Positions 25,481 through 37,200 of a stretch of DNA of 64,000 bases are shown here, in pieces. Made by a program: the position numbers and the translations under genes. The DNA comes from the human T2T-CHM13v2.0 reference genome, Homo sapiens. Location of the stretch: assembly GCA_009914755.4 (NCBI GenBank), contig CP068257.2, forward strand, positions 2,784,001 through 2,848,000, in the 5' to 3' direction. Below the pieces are notes generated by a model. It did not search any database and had not been told where the DNA came from. It saw only the letters and a program-made list of their open reading frames with translations. Numbering within the stretch: the first letter of the stretch is position 1; every line of letters starts with the position of its first letter.

Positions 25481-26289
25481 CCTACTGAAGATAGTGGGTT
25501 TCAAACGACCCCAAGTGCTCCACAACTTAAAAGTCGCTCCCACGAACCTGGAACACTATCTGTTCCTGAGGGATCAGGTCCCATTTGTGTCTCTGAGACA
25601 CTGGCAAGTGAGGCACGACTTGGGATGAGACCGATGATTTTAATTGTAAAATGCCTAAATAGTCAGCAGCTTCAGGTTACATTTTGGAGCTTGTCCACTT
25701 AAATGGGTTGATGAAAATGGCTCACAAAACTCACGCCTTGGAAAGCGGGTTTTCTCCCTTGCTCTTAGATTTTCTGCAACCCATTAAACTAACTTCCTGA
25801 TGCCTCGACTTTCACATTCGTGAAAAAGGCGCCATTGAGAGTGACGTTTCCAGGAAGGCTCAGCCCTTGTCAGCCCCTGCAGAGCTCTGAAGCTGTTCAC
25901 AAGCAGGCCATGTGGAAGATTTCTCTCAAAAGCCATTGAGCACGCGCTCTGGCTAGAGAAAAAAGAGGGCTGCTGCACAATGGACAGTGTCTCAGACATC
26001 AGGACAGTTTCCACAGTAGTTTAGGAAAAAAGGCAGTGCCCTGAGCTGCAGAAGGTGCAATGCTCTGGAAGGAACCCTGGGTGCAGCTGAAAGAGGAACC
26101 TGAGAAGCATAGGGCCAATCGGGTGAGGATAACCCGCCTGATTTGGGCAAAGGTAAGGTGCCTACATAGGGTAATACCCTCCTCAATGCTCAGCCCAGAC
26201 CTGTCCTCCAGGTCCACCTCTGTACTCACTCTCTGTGGCAAAGAGTCGGCATAGCATAAGAACTCAGCAATGCTTTGGACACTGGGAAG

Positions 26290-27580
26290 TCCACACCGCT
26301 CTGTCCCTCCCTCCAGGTCTATGCACCCCGGATCCCGGTATATGCTGAGATTATGGTTCTGAAGCCCACCGACAAATAGGCTGAGAGCAGTTAACGGACT
26401 ACAGCTCCCAGCATATTAGGTGGGGCATGTACAACTTTGCCCCTTCTTCCAGGGCTATGCCTTACCCCGGAGACTGGCGCATGCTGGGATTGTAGTCCTG
26501 TAGCCATTTGACCAAAGGGCTGTTAGTGTTTATGAGAATACAACTCCCAGCAATCCTAGGGAGGAGCACACAGCCCCGCCTCTTCCCCCAGTGATACGCA
26601 TTGTCCCTGAGACAGGTGCATGCTAAGATTGTAGTCCTGAAGCTCTGCGACCAAAGGGCTGGGAGTGTTTATGAGCATATATCTCCCAGCAAGCCTAGGA
26701 AGACGCACACAGCCCCGCCTCTTTTTCCACTGACGCGGACTGTCCCTGACCCCAGTGCATACTGGGATGGTAGTCCTGCATCCCTGTGATGAAAGTTCTG
26801 GGAGTCTCTATGAAACTACCTCTCCCAGGAAGCAGAAGGAGGGGTCCACAGCCTAGCCTTTTCCTCCAGTAATGCGCACTGTCCCTGAGCTGGGTGCATG
26901 CTGGGATTGTAGTCCTGCAGCCCGGTGATGAAAGGTCTGGGAGTGTTTATGAGACTACATCTCCTACCAAGCCCAGGAGGTGCACACAACCCTGCCTCTT
27001 TCTCCAGTGACGCCAACTTTCCCTGAGCCCGGTGCATGCTAGGATTGTAGCGCTGCAGCCCTGTGACAAAAGGGCTGTGAGTGTTTATGAGACTGCATCT
27101 TCCACCAAGCCCAGAGAGGCGTGCAGAGCCTCGCCCCTTCCTCCACTGATTAGCGCATGCTCCCTCAGTCCCATGCATGCTAGGATTGTAGTGCTGCAGC
27201 CCTGTGACCAAAGGGCAGCCCAGTGACCAAAGGGCTAAGAGTGTGTGAGAATACATCTCCGAAAAAGCATAGCGAGAAGAGCACAGGTCCACTTCTTCCT
27301 CCACTGAGGCGCGCTCTCCCTGAGCACGGTGCATGCTGGGATTGTAGTCCTGAAGCCCTGTGACAAAAGGGCTGGGAGAAATAATGAGACTACATCTCCC
27401 AGAAAGCCCAGCGAGACGCATGTACCCCTTTCTCTTCCTCCATTGAGGCGAACTGTCCCGGTGCCCCGTGCATGCTGGAATTGTAGTCCTACAGCTATGT
27501 GATGAAAGGGCTGGGATTGGTTATCAGAATGCATCTCCCAGCAAGCCCAGCGAGGCACGCACAGCTCCACGTCTTCCTCC

Positions 27581-27633
<53 letters not shown>

Positions 27634-29450
27634 CCCTGAACTCGCTGCATGCTGGGATTGTAGTCCTGCAGCCCTGTGACCAAAGGGCCAAGAGTGTTTA
27701 TGAGACTACATCTCCCAGAAAACGTAGGGAGAGGCACACAGCCCCACATCTTTTCCCAGTGACGCATACTGTTTTTGATCCTGATACATACTGGGATTGT
27801 AGTCCTGCAGCCCTATGACAAAAGGTCTGAGAGGCTTTATGAAACTACATTTCCCAAGAAGCGCAGCGAGGTGCGCAGAACCTTCCCATCCTTATCCAGT
27901 GAAGGGGAATGTCCGTGAGCCCCAAGCATGCTGGGATTGTAGTCTTATAGCACTGTGAGCCAAGGGTAGGGAGAGGACACGAGACTACATCTCCGAGAAA
28001 ACCTAGGGAGACGCACACAGCCCCACATCTTTTCCCAGTGACGCATGCTGTTTTTGATCCTGATGCATTCTGGGATTGGAGTCCTGCAGTCCCGTGACAA
28101 AAGGTCTCAGAGTCTTTATGAAACTACATTTCCTAGCAAGTGCAGCGAGGTGCACACAACCTTCCCCTCATTCTCCAGTGATGTAGACTGTCCGTGAGCC
28201 CCAAGCATGCTGGGATTGTAGTCTTATAGCACCGTGACCAAAGGACAGGGAGAGGCCATGAGACTACAACTCTCAGGAAACCCAGCAAGGCGCACACTGC
28301 CCGGCCTCTTTCTCCTTAGACTAGCGCACTGTCACTGAGCTGGGTGCATACTAGGAATGTATTCCTGCAGCCCTGTGAGCAAAGAGCTGGGAGTGTTTAT
28401 GAGAATACATCTCCCAGTACTCCCAGGAGGTGCACACAGCCCTGCCTCTTCCTGCAGTGACTAGCGCACTGTCCCTGAGCTGGGTGCATGCTGGGATTGC
28501 AGTCCTTGGCGATCTATGACCAAAGGGCTAGGAGTGTTAATGAGACTACATCTCCCAAAAAAGCAGAGTGAGAAGCGCACAGCCCTCCCTCTTCCTCCAG
28601 TGACGTGTGCTGTCCCTGAGCCCAGTGCATGCTGGGGCTGGAAGTGTAGTCCTTCAGCCCTGTGACGATAGGGCTGCGAGGATTTATGAGAATACATCTC
28701 CCAGCAAGCCCAGCGAGTAACAAACAACCCCGCCTCTTCCTCCAGTGACGCGCAATTTCCTTGAGCCCGGTGCTGGCTGGGAGTGTAGTCCTGCAGCCCT
28801 GTGACCAAAGGTTTGGGAGTATTTATGAGAATACATATCCCACCAAGCCCAGCGAGACGTGTACAATCCCTCCTCATCCTCCAGTAACGCGCACTATCCT
28901 TGATCTTGGTGCATACTGGGATTGTAGTTCTGCGGCCCTGTAATGAAAGGTCTGGTGACTTTATGAAACTACATCTCCCAGCAAGCCAAAGGAGGCACAC
29001 AAAGCTTTGCCTCTTCATCCAGGCACACGCACTATCCCTGATCCCGGTGCATGATGGAAATGTAGTCCTTCAGCCCTGTGACCAAAGGGCTGGGAGTGTT
29101 TATGAGACCGCATCTCTCAGCAACTAAAGCAAGGCCTGCACAGCCCCGCCTTTTCCTCCAGTGACGCTCACTGTTCACTAAGGAGTGTTCATGAGATTAC
29201 ATTTTCCAGCAAGCCCAGCGAGTTATGCACAGCTCTACCTCTTCTTCTAGCGACGCGCACTGTCCCTGATTCCGTTGTATGCTGGGATTGTGGTGCTGCA
29301 GCCCTGTGACAAAGGGGCTGGGAGTCTTTATAAGACTACATCTCCCAGCAAGCCCAAGAGGCTCTCACAGCCATGCACCACCCCCTCCCGCCCCACTTTT
29401 CCTTCAGTGACGCGCACTGTTCCCTGAACATGGTGTATACTGGAATTCTC
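26290..29450. repeat. Minisatellite of about 23 units of about 139 bp. Each unit has two opposed ZNF143/THAP11 SBS-like motifs plus a CCCCGCCTC (Sp1-like) box.
   Basis: The unit is 'GCATGCTGGGATTGTAGTCCTGCAGCCCTGTGACCAAAGGGCTGGGAGTGTTTATGAGACTACATCTCCCAGCAAGCCCAGCGAGGCGCACACAGCCCCGCCTCTTCCTCCAGTGACGCGCACTGTCCCTGAGCCCGGT'. Its reverse complement 'GGACTACAATCCCAGCATGC' and its forward 'ACTACATCTCCCAGCAAGCC' both match the ZNF143 consensus ACTACAATTCCCAGCAATGC. Confidence 0.85.
27585..27631. repeat. (CA)n microsatellite of about 22 units, embedded in one minisatellite unit.
   Basis: Direct read of 'acacacac...'. It produces the CVCVCV ORF artefacts at 27235-27630, 27468-27818 and 27495-27767. 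Confidence 0.95.
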
Positions 29451-30689
29451 CTGTTGCGGGATTCAGGAGGACGAGACAGACCTCAGGTTGAAACAGGAGA
29501 ATCTTTATTGAGTGCACTCAGGACCAGCTGACTCACGTCAAAAAGACCGGGCCCGGAACACAGACAACACCTGACTTTTATACACACTTCACAAAAGGGG
29601 GTGGGCTAGCTTGAAGCGAGCTTACAGTGGCGTGAAAGCAGGAATACAGAGGCAGGACAAAGACAGGATTGCACATGACCGTTGCCAAGCAACCCACATG
29701 TCCATTATCTAGGTTTCCCTGGGCATGGGCTTATCCTATAACCCTCACTATGGTTCCCAAACAGCTGTAGTTCAGCCTACTCAGGCTTCTCATGACTTTC
29801 ATTGTACTTCTTCGATAAAACACAATACTTGAAGTCACTAGTTACAGAGAACAAGAATCTATAAACTCATTCCATAAAACAAAGGGAATTTGTTTTTCTT
29901 TTCCCTGTGTTGGGGGAGTGTTGGGAGAACCTCCAGAGCACATTACATAATATTATCAAGAATTTTCCTGGGTCTGGGCTGTGCCTATTGCTGCCTCTGG
30001 GACAAATCAGCCTAATACAAGAAAACTTATTTCTCTTTCCTTTTAATTTCATTTTTCTTTAATTTCCTTCCTTAGTCCTGCAGCCCTGTGACCAAAGGAC
30101 TGGGAGTGCACAGTTACACATCTGTTCACTTGTCATGAGACTGTTTTCCTTTAACCCCATGAACATACTTACCATAGCTTCTTTCAAATCTTACCTACCG
30201 ATTACAGCATCTTGCACATCTTGAGAATAGGTTCTATTGTCTGCTTTTTATCTTGTGAATCGATTACATTTTCATCCTTCTTCACGCATCTCATAAATTT
30301 TTAAATTGTGTGATAGGAATTACAGGGACTCTGGCTTCTGTTGTATTTCTTTGAAAATTATTATTTTATGAGGGAGTTAATTTGAATAGATGCAAACCCC
30401 AATCCTTATCTCTTCTACAGTGGCAATACTAAAATCTTCATTCAGTTCTTCTAAACAGTGTGCGTTTCTATATAGCAAAATATAGTATTTTATTAAACTT
30501 TATTATAGTATCTGTGAAACAGTTATTGAACAATCTACTCTACTTCATTATTACTGGAAGCCAGAACCTCAGTTGTGTTCACTTTCTGGATTTTATATAA
30601 GTGAAATTGTACAACATGTATACTTTTACATCTACTTTCTTCTATGCAACTTTATATTTATGATATTAATTCATCCTATTGCAGATAGC

Positions 30690-33600
30690 TATAGTTTGTT
30701 TATTTAAAAAATATTTTTTATATTGTGGCAAAGTATACATAAAATTAACCATTTTAGCTATTTTAAGTGTGCAGCTCAGAAAAATTAACTACACTCACAT
30801 TGTTTTGCAACTATTATTCTCATTCATAGGGACCTTCTTTCAACTTCCAAAACCAAAATTTAATGCACATTAAATAACAGCTCCCTGTTACTCCCCCTCC
30901 AGCTCCTACGAACCACTCTTCTACTTGGATTTCTAGAATTTAACTACTCTAAGTATCTCATAAGTGGAATGATACAGTATTTGTCCTTTTATGACTGGCT
31001 CATGTCACTTTGCACAATGTCCTTAAGGTTCATGCATAACGTACCATGTGTCAGAATTTTCTTATTTTACATAACTGAATAACGTTCCAATATATGCATA
31101 AATCACATTTTATTTATTTATTCATTGATGATAATTCAAACAACACGGGTAATTCAAAAACCTTTTGGGTGATGTGAGTAATGCTGCCATCAGCCTAGGT
31201 GTACGTGTATTATTTTGTGTCTTTGCTTTCACATCTTTTGCTACATACCCAGATGTGAAATTGTGGGATCATATGGTGACTTTAGGTGTACATTTTTTAC
31301 TTATTATACTGTTATTTTATAGCAGCTGCAGCATTTTACATTTCCAACAACAGTGTACAAGGGTTCTAATTGCTCCACGTCCTCACCAACACTTGTGATT
31401 TTCTGTTTTGTTTTGTTTCTTTTGGTAGTAACTATGCTGATGTGTATTAAGTGATATATCATTTGGAGTTATATTTGCATTTTACTAATGATTAGTTTTG
31501 TTGAGCACCTTTTCACGGACTTATTAGCCATTTCACATAATTTTTAAAGAAATGTCTGTTTAAGTATTTTGCCCATATTTTAAATAAGTATTTTGTTTTA
31601 TTATTGCTGAATTGTTCTTTGTATATTCTGGATAGAGTCCTCTTTATTTTTCTTTTGTTTCTTGCATTTTTTGTGTCCTGTTAAAAAAAATCACTGCGAA
31701 ATCCAGCGTTATGACATGTTTTACCTACATTTTATACTAAGAATTTTGTAGTTTTAGCTCTTACATTTAGGTTTTTGTCGAGTTAGTTAATTTTTTCTTA
31801 TGGTATAAGTTAAGGGAACAGTTTCACTCTTTTACATGTAGGTACCCAATTTCCCCAGCACTAACTGTTGTAAAGGCAGTTCATTTCCCATAAAAATCAT
31901 TTGACCATATATATGAGGGTTTATTTATATTGGCTTTCTATATTACTCCATTAGTCTATTTGTAGCATGCTATTTTGGGATTTTGTAGTAAGTTTTGAAA
32001 TCATTAAGTGTGACTTCTTTAACTTTGGTATTTTTTTTTCAAAATTATTTTTGCAATTTAGGGTCCCTTGAGATTCCTCATAAACTTAAAAATTGATTTT
32101 TTAATATCTACACAAAATAATTGGCATTTTGCTTCTTGGTTACTTCCTAATTTTATTCTTTTGATGCTATTGTAAATTGAGTTGTTTTCATAATTTTCTT
32201 CTCAGATTATTCGTATTACTACATAAAATACAGTTTATTTTTCTATGTTGATTTTGTATGCTACTACTCTGCTGAATTTATTAATTTTAATATTTTTTGT
32301 GTGGAATCTTTAAGATTTTCTACATAAAAGAATATATTTTCTGTACACACTTTGATGAAGTTTATTTCATTGTCTTTTTTAATTTCTCTGAATGAAACTT
32401 CTAATACAGTGTTGAATAAAAGTGGCTGGCAAGAGCAGACATTCTGTCTTCTGAGCTTAGACGAAATAATTTTGGTCTTTTCCTCTAGAACATGTAGTTT
32501 GCTGTGGGTTTTTATACGTGAATTTTACAAAGATGGTTTTCTTTTATTCGTAATTTATTGTTTTTATTATAAAATATTTTGAATTTTGTAAAATACATTT
32601 TCTGTATTAATGAGATAATGTTTTCTAAAAATTTTGTTAATGTGTCATATGCATTGATTATTTTTCATATGCTAAAACTTTTGTTAAGAAAGGCTAGCTA
32701 AGTGAACCAGTGAGACTGGAAAAAGAATAAAGAAATCTATGCTGGTTGTGATCAATTAGTTGTAAACACCATTGCACTGAAACCAGCCATACGCTAAATC
32801 TTCCTTACATTCCAGTAATAAATTCCCCTTGGTCATGGGGTGTAATCTTGCTAGTATGCTGCTGAATGTGGTTAGCTAAGATGTTGCTGAGTAGTTTTGC
32901 ATCCGTGTTCATAAGGGATATTAGTCTATGGGTTTTTGTAGTCTCTTTGTCTGGCTTTGGTATGAGCTAATGCTGGCATCATGGAATAAGTTTGGAACTG
33001 CTCTCTTCAGGCTTTTGGTAGATTTTGGAAAGGATTTTTGTTCTATAAATGCTTGATCTAAATCACCAGTGAAGCCAACAAAACAAGGGCTTTTCTTCAT
33101 GAGAGGTTTTTAATTACTGATTCCATTTCCTTAGTAGTTTTCTATCTATTCAGATTTTGTATTTCTTTGTAATCAAGTCTTGCATAAGTAGGAATCTGCC
33201 CACTTTATCTAGGTTTTCCAATTTATCATCCTATCATAGTTCACAGTACACTTTTTTAAACATTTTATTTCTTTGAATTAGTAGTAATGTCCCACTTTCA
33301 TTACTCATTTTAGTATGTGAATATGCTGTTAATTTTTCGTGTGTGTAGCTGAAGTTTTGCCAATTGTTAATTTTTTGAAGAACTGAGAGTGAACTTTTGT
33401 TTTTTTGGAATTCTGTTGTTTGTGTAATCTCTATTGCATTTATCTCTGCTAAAATCTTCAATACTTTCTTCTTTCTCTTTGCTTTGCATCTAATTTGGTC
33501 TTATTTTTCTAATTTACTAGGTGATAAAGTTATTATTTATTTGAAATCTTTGCTCTTTTTAAATGTATCTTAGCTGCAAACTTTTCATCTTAACACTGTT

Positions 33601-34250
33601 TTTGCTGTTTCCCATAACTTTTGATATGTTTTGTTTTCATTTTTCTTCCTCTGTATGTTCCTACTTCTTCCGTGATTTCTTCCTTTACTTAATTTATACA
33701 ATTTTGTAATTCTTTAAGTTGTAATTGTGTAGTTGTTTAATTTATACAATTTTGTAAACTTTCTAGCATTTCATCTGTTATTGATTTAATTTGAGATCTA
33801 CTATACAGCCCATCCTGGAGAATTCCCCATGTGCATTTGAGAAGAGTGTGTACTCTGTTTTGTTGGATGGAGTATATTGTATATATCTGTTAGATCAATT
33901 TAGTTCATTGAGTTAGTCAAGTCCTCTATTTCCTAATTTATCATTCATCTCATTTTTCTATTCATTACTCAGAGTGGAGTATTAACATCTTCAACTATTA
34001 TTTTAGAACTGTCTATTTGTCCCTTTAATTCTGTCAACTTAGTCTTTCTATATCTAAATGTTTTATTATTAGGTATGTAAGTGTTTAAACTATTTCTATC
34101 TTCTTGCCAAATGCACGTTCTATGATTATATAATGTCTTATTGTCTCTTGTAACTTTTTAAGTCTATTTTGTCTGCTATTAATATAGTCATCCCCAGTCT
34201 CTTTTTCCTACTATTGGTATAAAATAATTATTTTCTTCCCTTTTTTATAA
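30690..34250 (-). mobile_element. Older L1 (L1M/L1PB-like) on the minus strand, covering the 3'UTR and ORF2 region. Degenerate.
   Basis: 30720 'ttgtggcaaagtatacataaaattaaccattttagctattttaagtgtgcagctcag' is the reverse complement of the L1M/L1PB 3' end. Plus ORF 31165-31398 is the well-known L1 antisense frame ('...QQCTRVLIAPRPHQHL'). 32880-33200 is L1 antisense-like. Confidence 0.7.
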
Positions 34251-37200
34251 CCCTGAATTGCTGTGGAAAGCTAACAGTAGCATTACTTAATTTAAAAAGC
34301 ACAGAAATCTTAAATCAATAGCTTAATGTTTGTAAAAGCATTTAAATGGAAATAAGCTACCAGTTCACCAGGAACAAAGGATATCAGTTGGGTCTAAGAA
34401 TAATCATGCCAAAAAGCTCTAGGAGGAAAAGCTCCTGGGAATTAGGACTGTGATAATGGTCTTTGAGATCAAGAAAGAAATGGGGAAATGGGGATGCTCA
34501 GGGTCAGGTACATGCTTAGCAAAAGACCCAGAAAACCCTAAGCTGTCACCTGTGTACTTTAAACTCTGCACAAGTAGAAAATAGAGGCACAAGGAGAGTT
34601 GTAACTTTATGCTGATTAGTAAAGGCATGCTCCAACAAACATACATAGATCCCAGGTGAAAAAAAATCAGATATTTATTTTTAGTGAAGGTTAAAAAATC
34701 TGGAGTCTTACTTTCCAATTAAGGATTAGTGAAAATATTTGGGGAGATTTGCATTGATCAGTTCATCCTGAGGTCAAGAAAATCTTGATTTTAAAATTTG
34801 GAGCCTCCAGTAAAGGATTAGCTTCCACCTAGAGGTGTTCTTTGGCCTTTTGGACTCAGAGCTATCTTGACACTACTACTGGTTACACTGATTTGAAAGT
34901 CAGCTAAGAGCTTGCTACAGAACTCCTGACAAACTAAGTTTGACCTATAGAGGGTTAGGGCATCCCCAGCTGGTTGAAATTTTGTGCCTCCTTCTATCCT
35001 CTGAAGCAAAGCTGCTGTCTCTGTGGGGCCCCCAATTTACTGAGTGTTTCCTATATGACTGGTCCTGGTTCATAGATGAGTCAGGGAAGGTGAAACCTCA
35101 TGATGTCCACTGGGCCGCTGTGGCTGTTTAACCTGTGCCAGCCATACAGAACCTGACATGAGTGGTTGCTCCTCTCAAAGGTCAGAACTCAGGGTTTGGG
35201 ATAATGGCACATATTCTATCTGTTTGGTTATCTACAATGGAAAGTGTAGACTGTCTGAATATCTTTTGGGCTGCAAACCGGAAACAACCCCAGATGCTGA
35301 TCTAACTGGGTCACTCATCTAGAAGTCCATGGTAAGTGTTTTCCAGAGAGTGACCACTATCAAGCTGCAGATTGAACCTAAATCTGTGTCCAACCCAGAG
35401 TCTAATACTGCAAACCAGACTTGGGGTTGCTGGTGAAAGTTGACCTATCTGTCTCATGGTTGAAGAATTCCTAGACCATACCTAGCAGAGTAACCAGAAG
35501 TGGACTTTTAGCCCACTTCTTGAGATATCAGTCACCACTGTTGACTTCTTCAGCATAACAGTCATCTGACTCCAGCCATACCATGTGTCCCTTGAAGCTA
35601 ATCTGTGCCACCTTTTAGGCTTTTGAGGCCAATTGAGCTCTGACTTCGTGGCATTTTTCACCACATCGACTAAAATGGGCCAACTCTACGATGTTCCCTC
35701 CTTTTCCACACATGTTGGTTAGATAATTCGTTGATTAGGTATGCTTTTCTCTAAAAGGGGATTATCTCTTCCAGATTGCCTCCAAGATAAGGATGAAATG
35801 GTTGGGGGATCTAGGAATCTATTTCACAAATTTGGAATTTCGTGCTAATAATTCCTGGGTGAAATGTCTTTCTTTCCCATACCTGCAATTCTAGGCAAGC
35901 CTGGCTTTTGTATCCTCTGAGTTGCATCCCAGCCTAGCAGCAGTTATGGGACTCCAACTTAGTTCTGGTTAAGTTTTATGTAAATATTCTTGTATCTGTT
36001 TTACCTGGCTCTACTAGATAAAATGTCTAGAAAAAAGTAAAGGGCGACTAGAATAAAGGTGAGATTGGTGAGATTATAGATATCGGAATGAGACACACTG
36101 ATTCTGTGGAGATAGAGGGAGAACAACAACCTGGAACGTGGGAAATGAACAACTTAGACCTCGGAAGCTACGGGGAATGGTGGGACATTAACAACTTTTT
36201 TTCTTTCTGAATAACCCCTGGTGCAGCCCACAAAAGAGTCTGGAAATACTATTAGAACAGACGGTAAGACAGAGGCTGTGGATTCAGCTCCTTTTGGTCT
36301 CCACGTTACTCTTAAGAATCCTTTGAGACTATTCTATCTCTCTGTGATGTAGGCATGGAACTCTAGTGGGCAGTGTGCACTCTCGGTGCCCATGGTTCAA
36401 CGCCACAGTTTTTCAGATGATGGACAACCATTGCTTTTTCCTGAAGAGACTTAGTACCCTGTGGCTGAGCTTAAGCGGGACTCTAGGAATTACTGATTGC
36501 ATTTTCTTCTTCTTCTGTGAACTGCGATTTCTCCTTCTGTTTTTCTACTACCTAGAGATTAATCTGTATTTGTCAATATTTAGGTAAATCAGAGACATAA
36601 AGCAGATAAGGAACCCTAGACACAGCTTCTAGCATAGCTGGACTCTTGCCTGTTTCTCTTCCCACTTTATGAGATCAATTATATTGGCACAGAGAGATAG
36701 CCTTAGATGGGTCTCTCAGGATCAATTAGAGAAGCATACTTCTAGAGAAGCTGGTAGAACAGGGCAGGAAGGCCAGTGAGGATCAAAGCTTCTATCCAAA
36801 TGTTTTAGCCTAGCTGTGTGTGGCAGACGAATCAAGGAAAGCTCCCAGATCCCTGGAAGGGATTATTAAGAGAGGATCCATTAGATTAGAATGCTAGGGT
36901 GGGTGTTCTTCTATCACCTTCTGAGTCAGATTTCCAGGGTTAAGTCTCTGGTAGGGCTGCAGAGAAATGCTCGCCTGGGAAAGCCTCTGATCAAGTGCAA
37001 CATAGGTGACTCCCGCACAGGGAGAAGTCCTCTATTTGAGGAACATCATATGTGTTTGGATGTATCTGTGCTCTTCCTCAGCAGAGGACCATTGACTGAA
37101 TGACTGTTTGACAATTACGCATAAAGAGCCCTATATTATTTTGAATTTAGTAAATATTGGAACAGAAACAAACAATATTATCTACTTTCAAATTGAATAA

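Noticed and set aside
26816-29018. 185-201 aa ORFs across the 139 bp minisatellite (26816-27421 -, 28461-29018 -).
   Set aside because: The periodic repeat lacks stop codons in one frame. The peptide is internally repetitive with the 139 bp period. There are no start context, no splice signals and no homology.
9440-29450. CRISPR-like interpretation of regularly spaced repeats.
   Set aside because: The sequence is clearly primate (Alu, L1, MaLR, ERV). The repeats are contiguous satellites without unique spacers.
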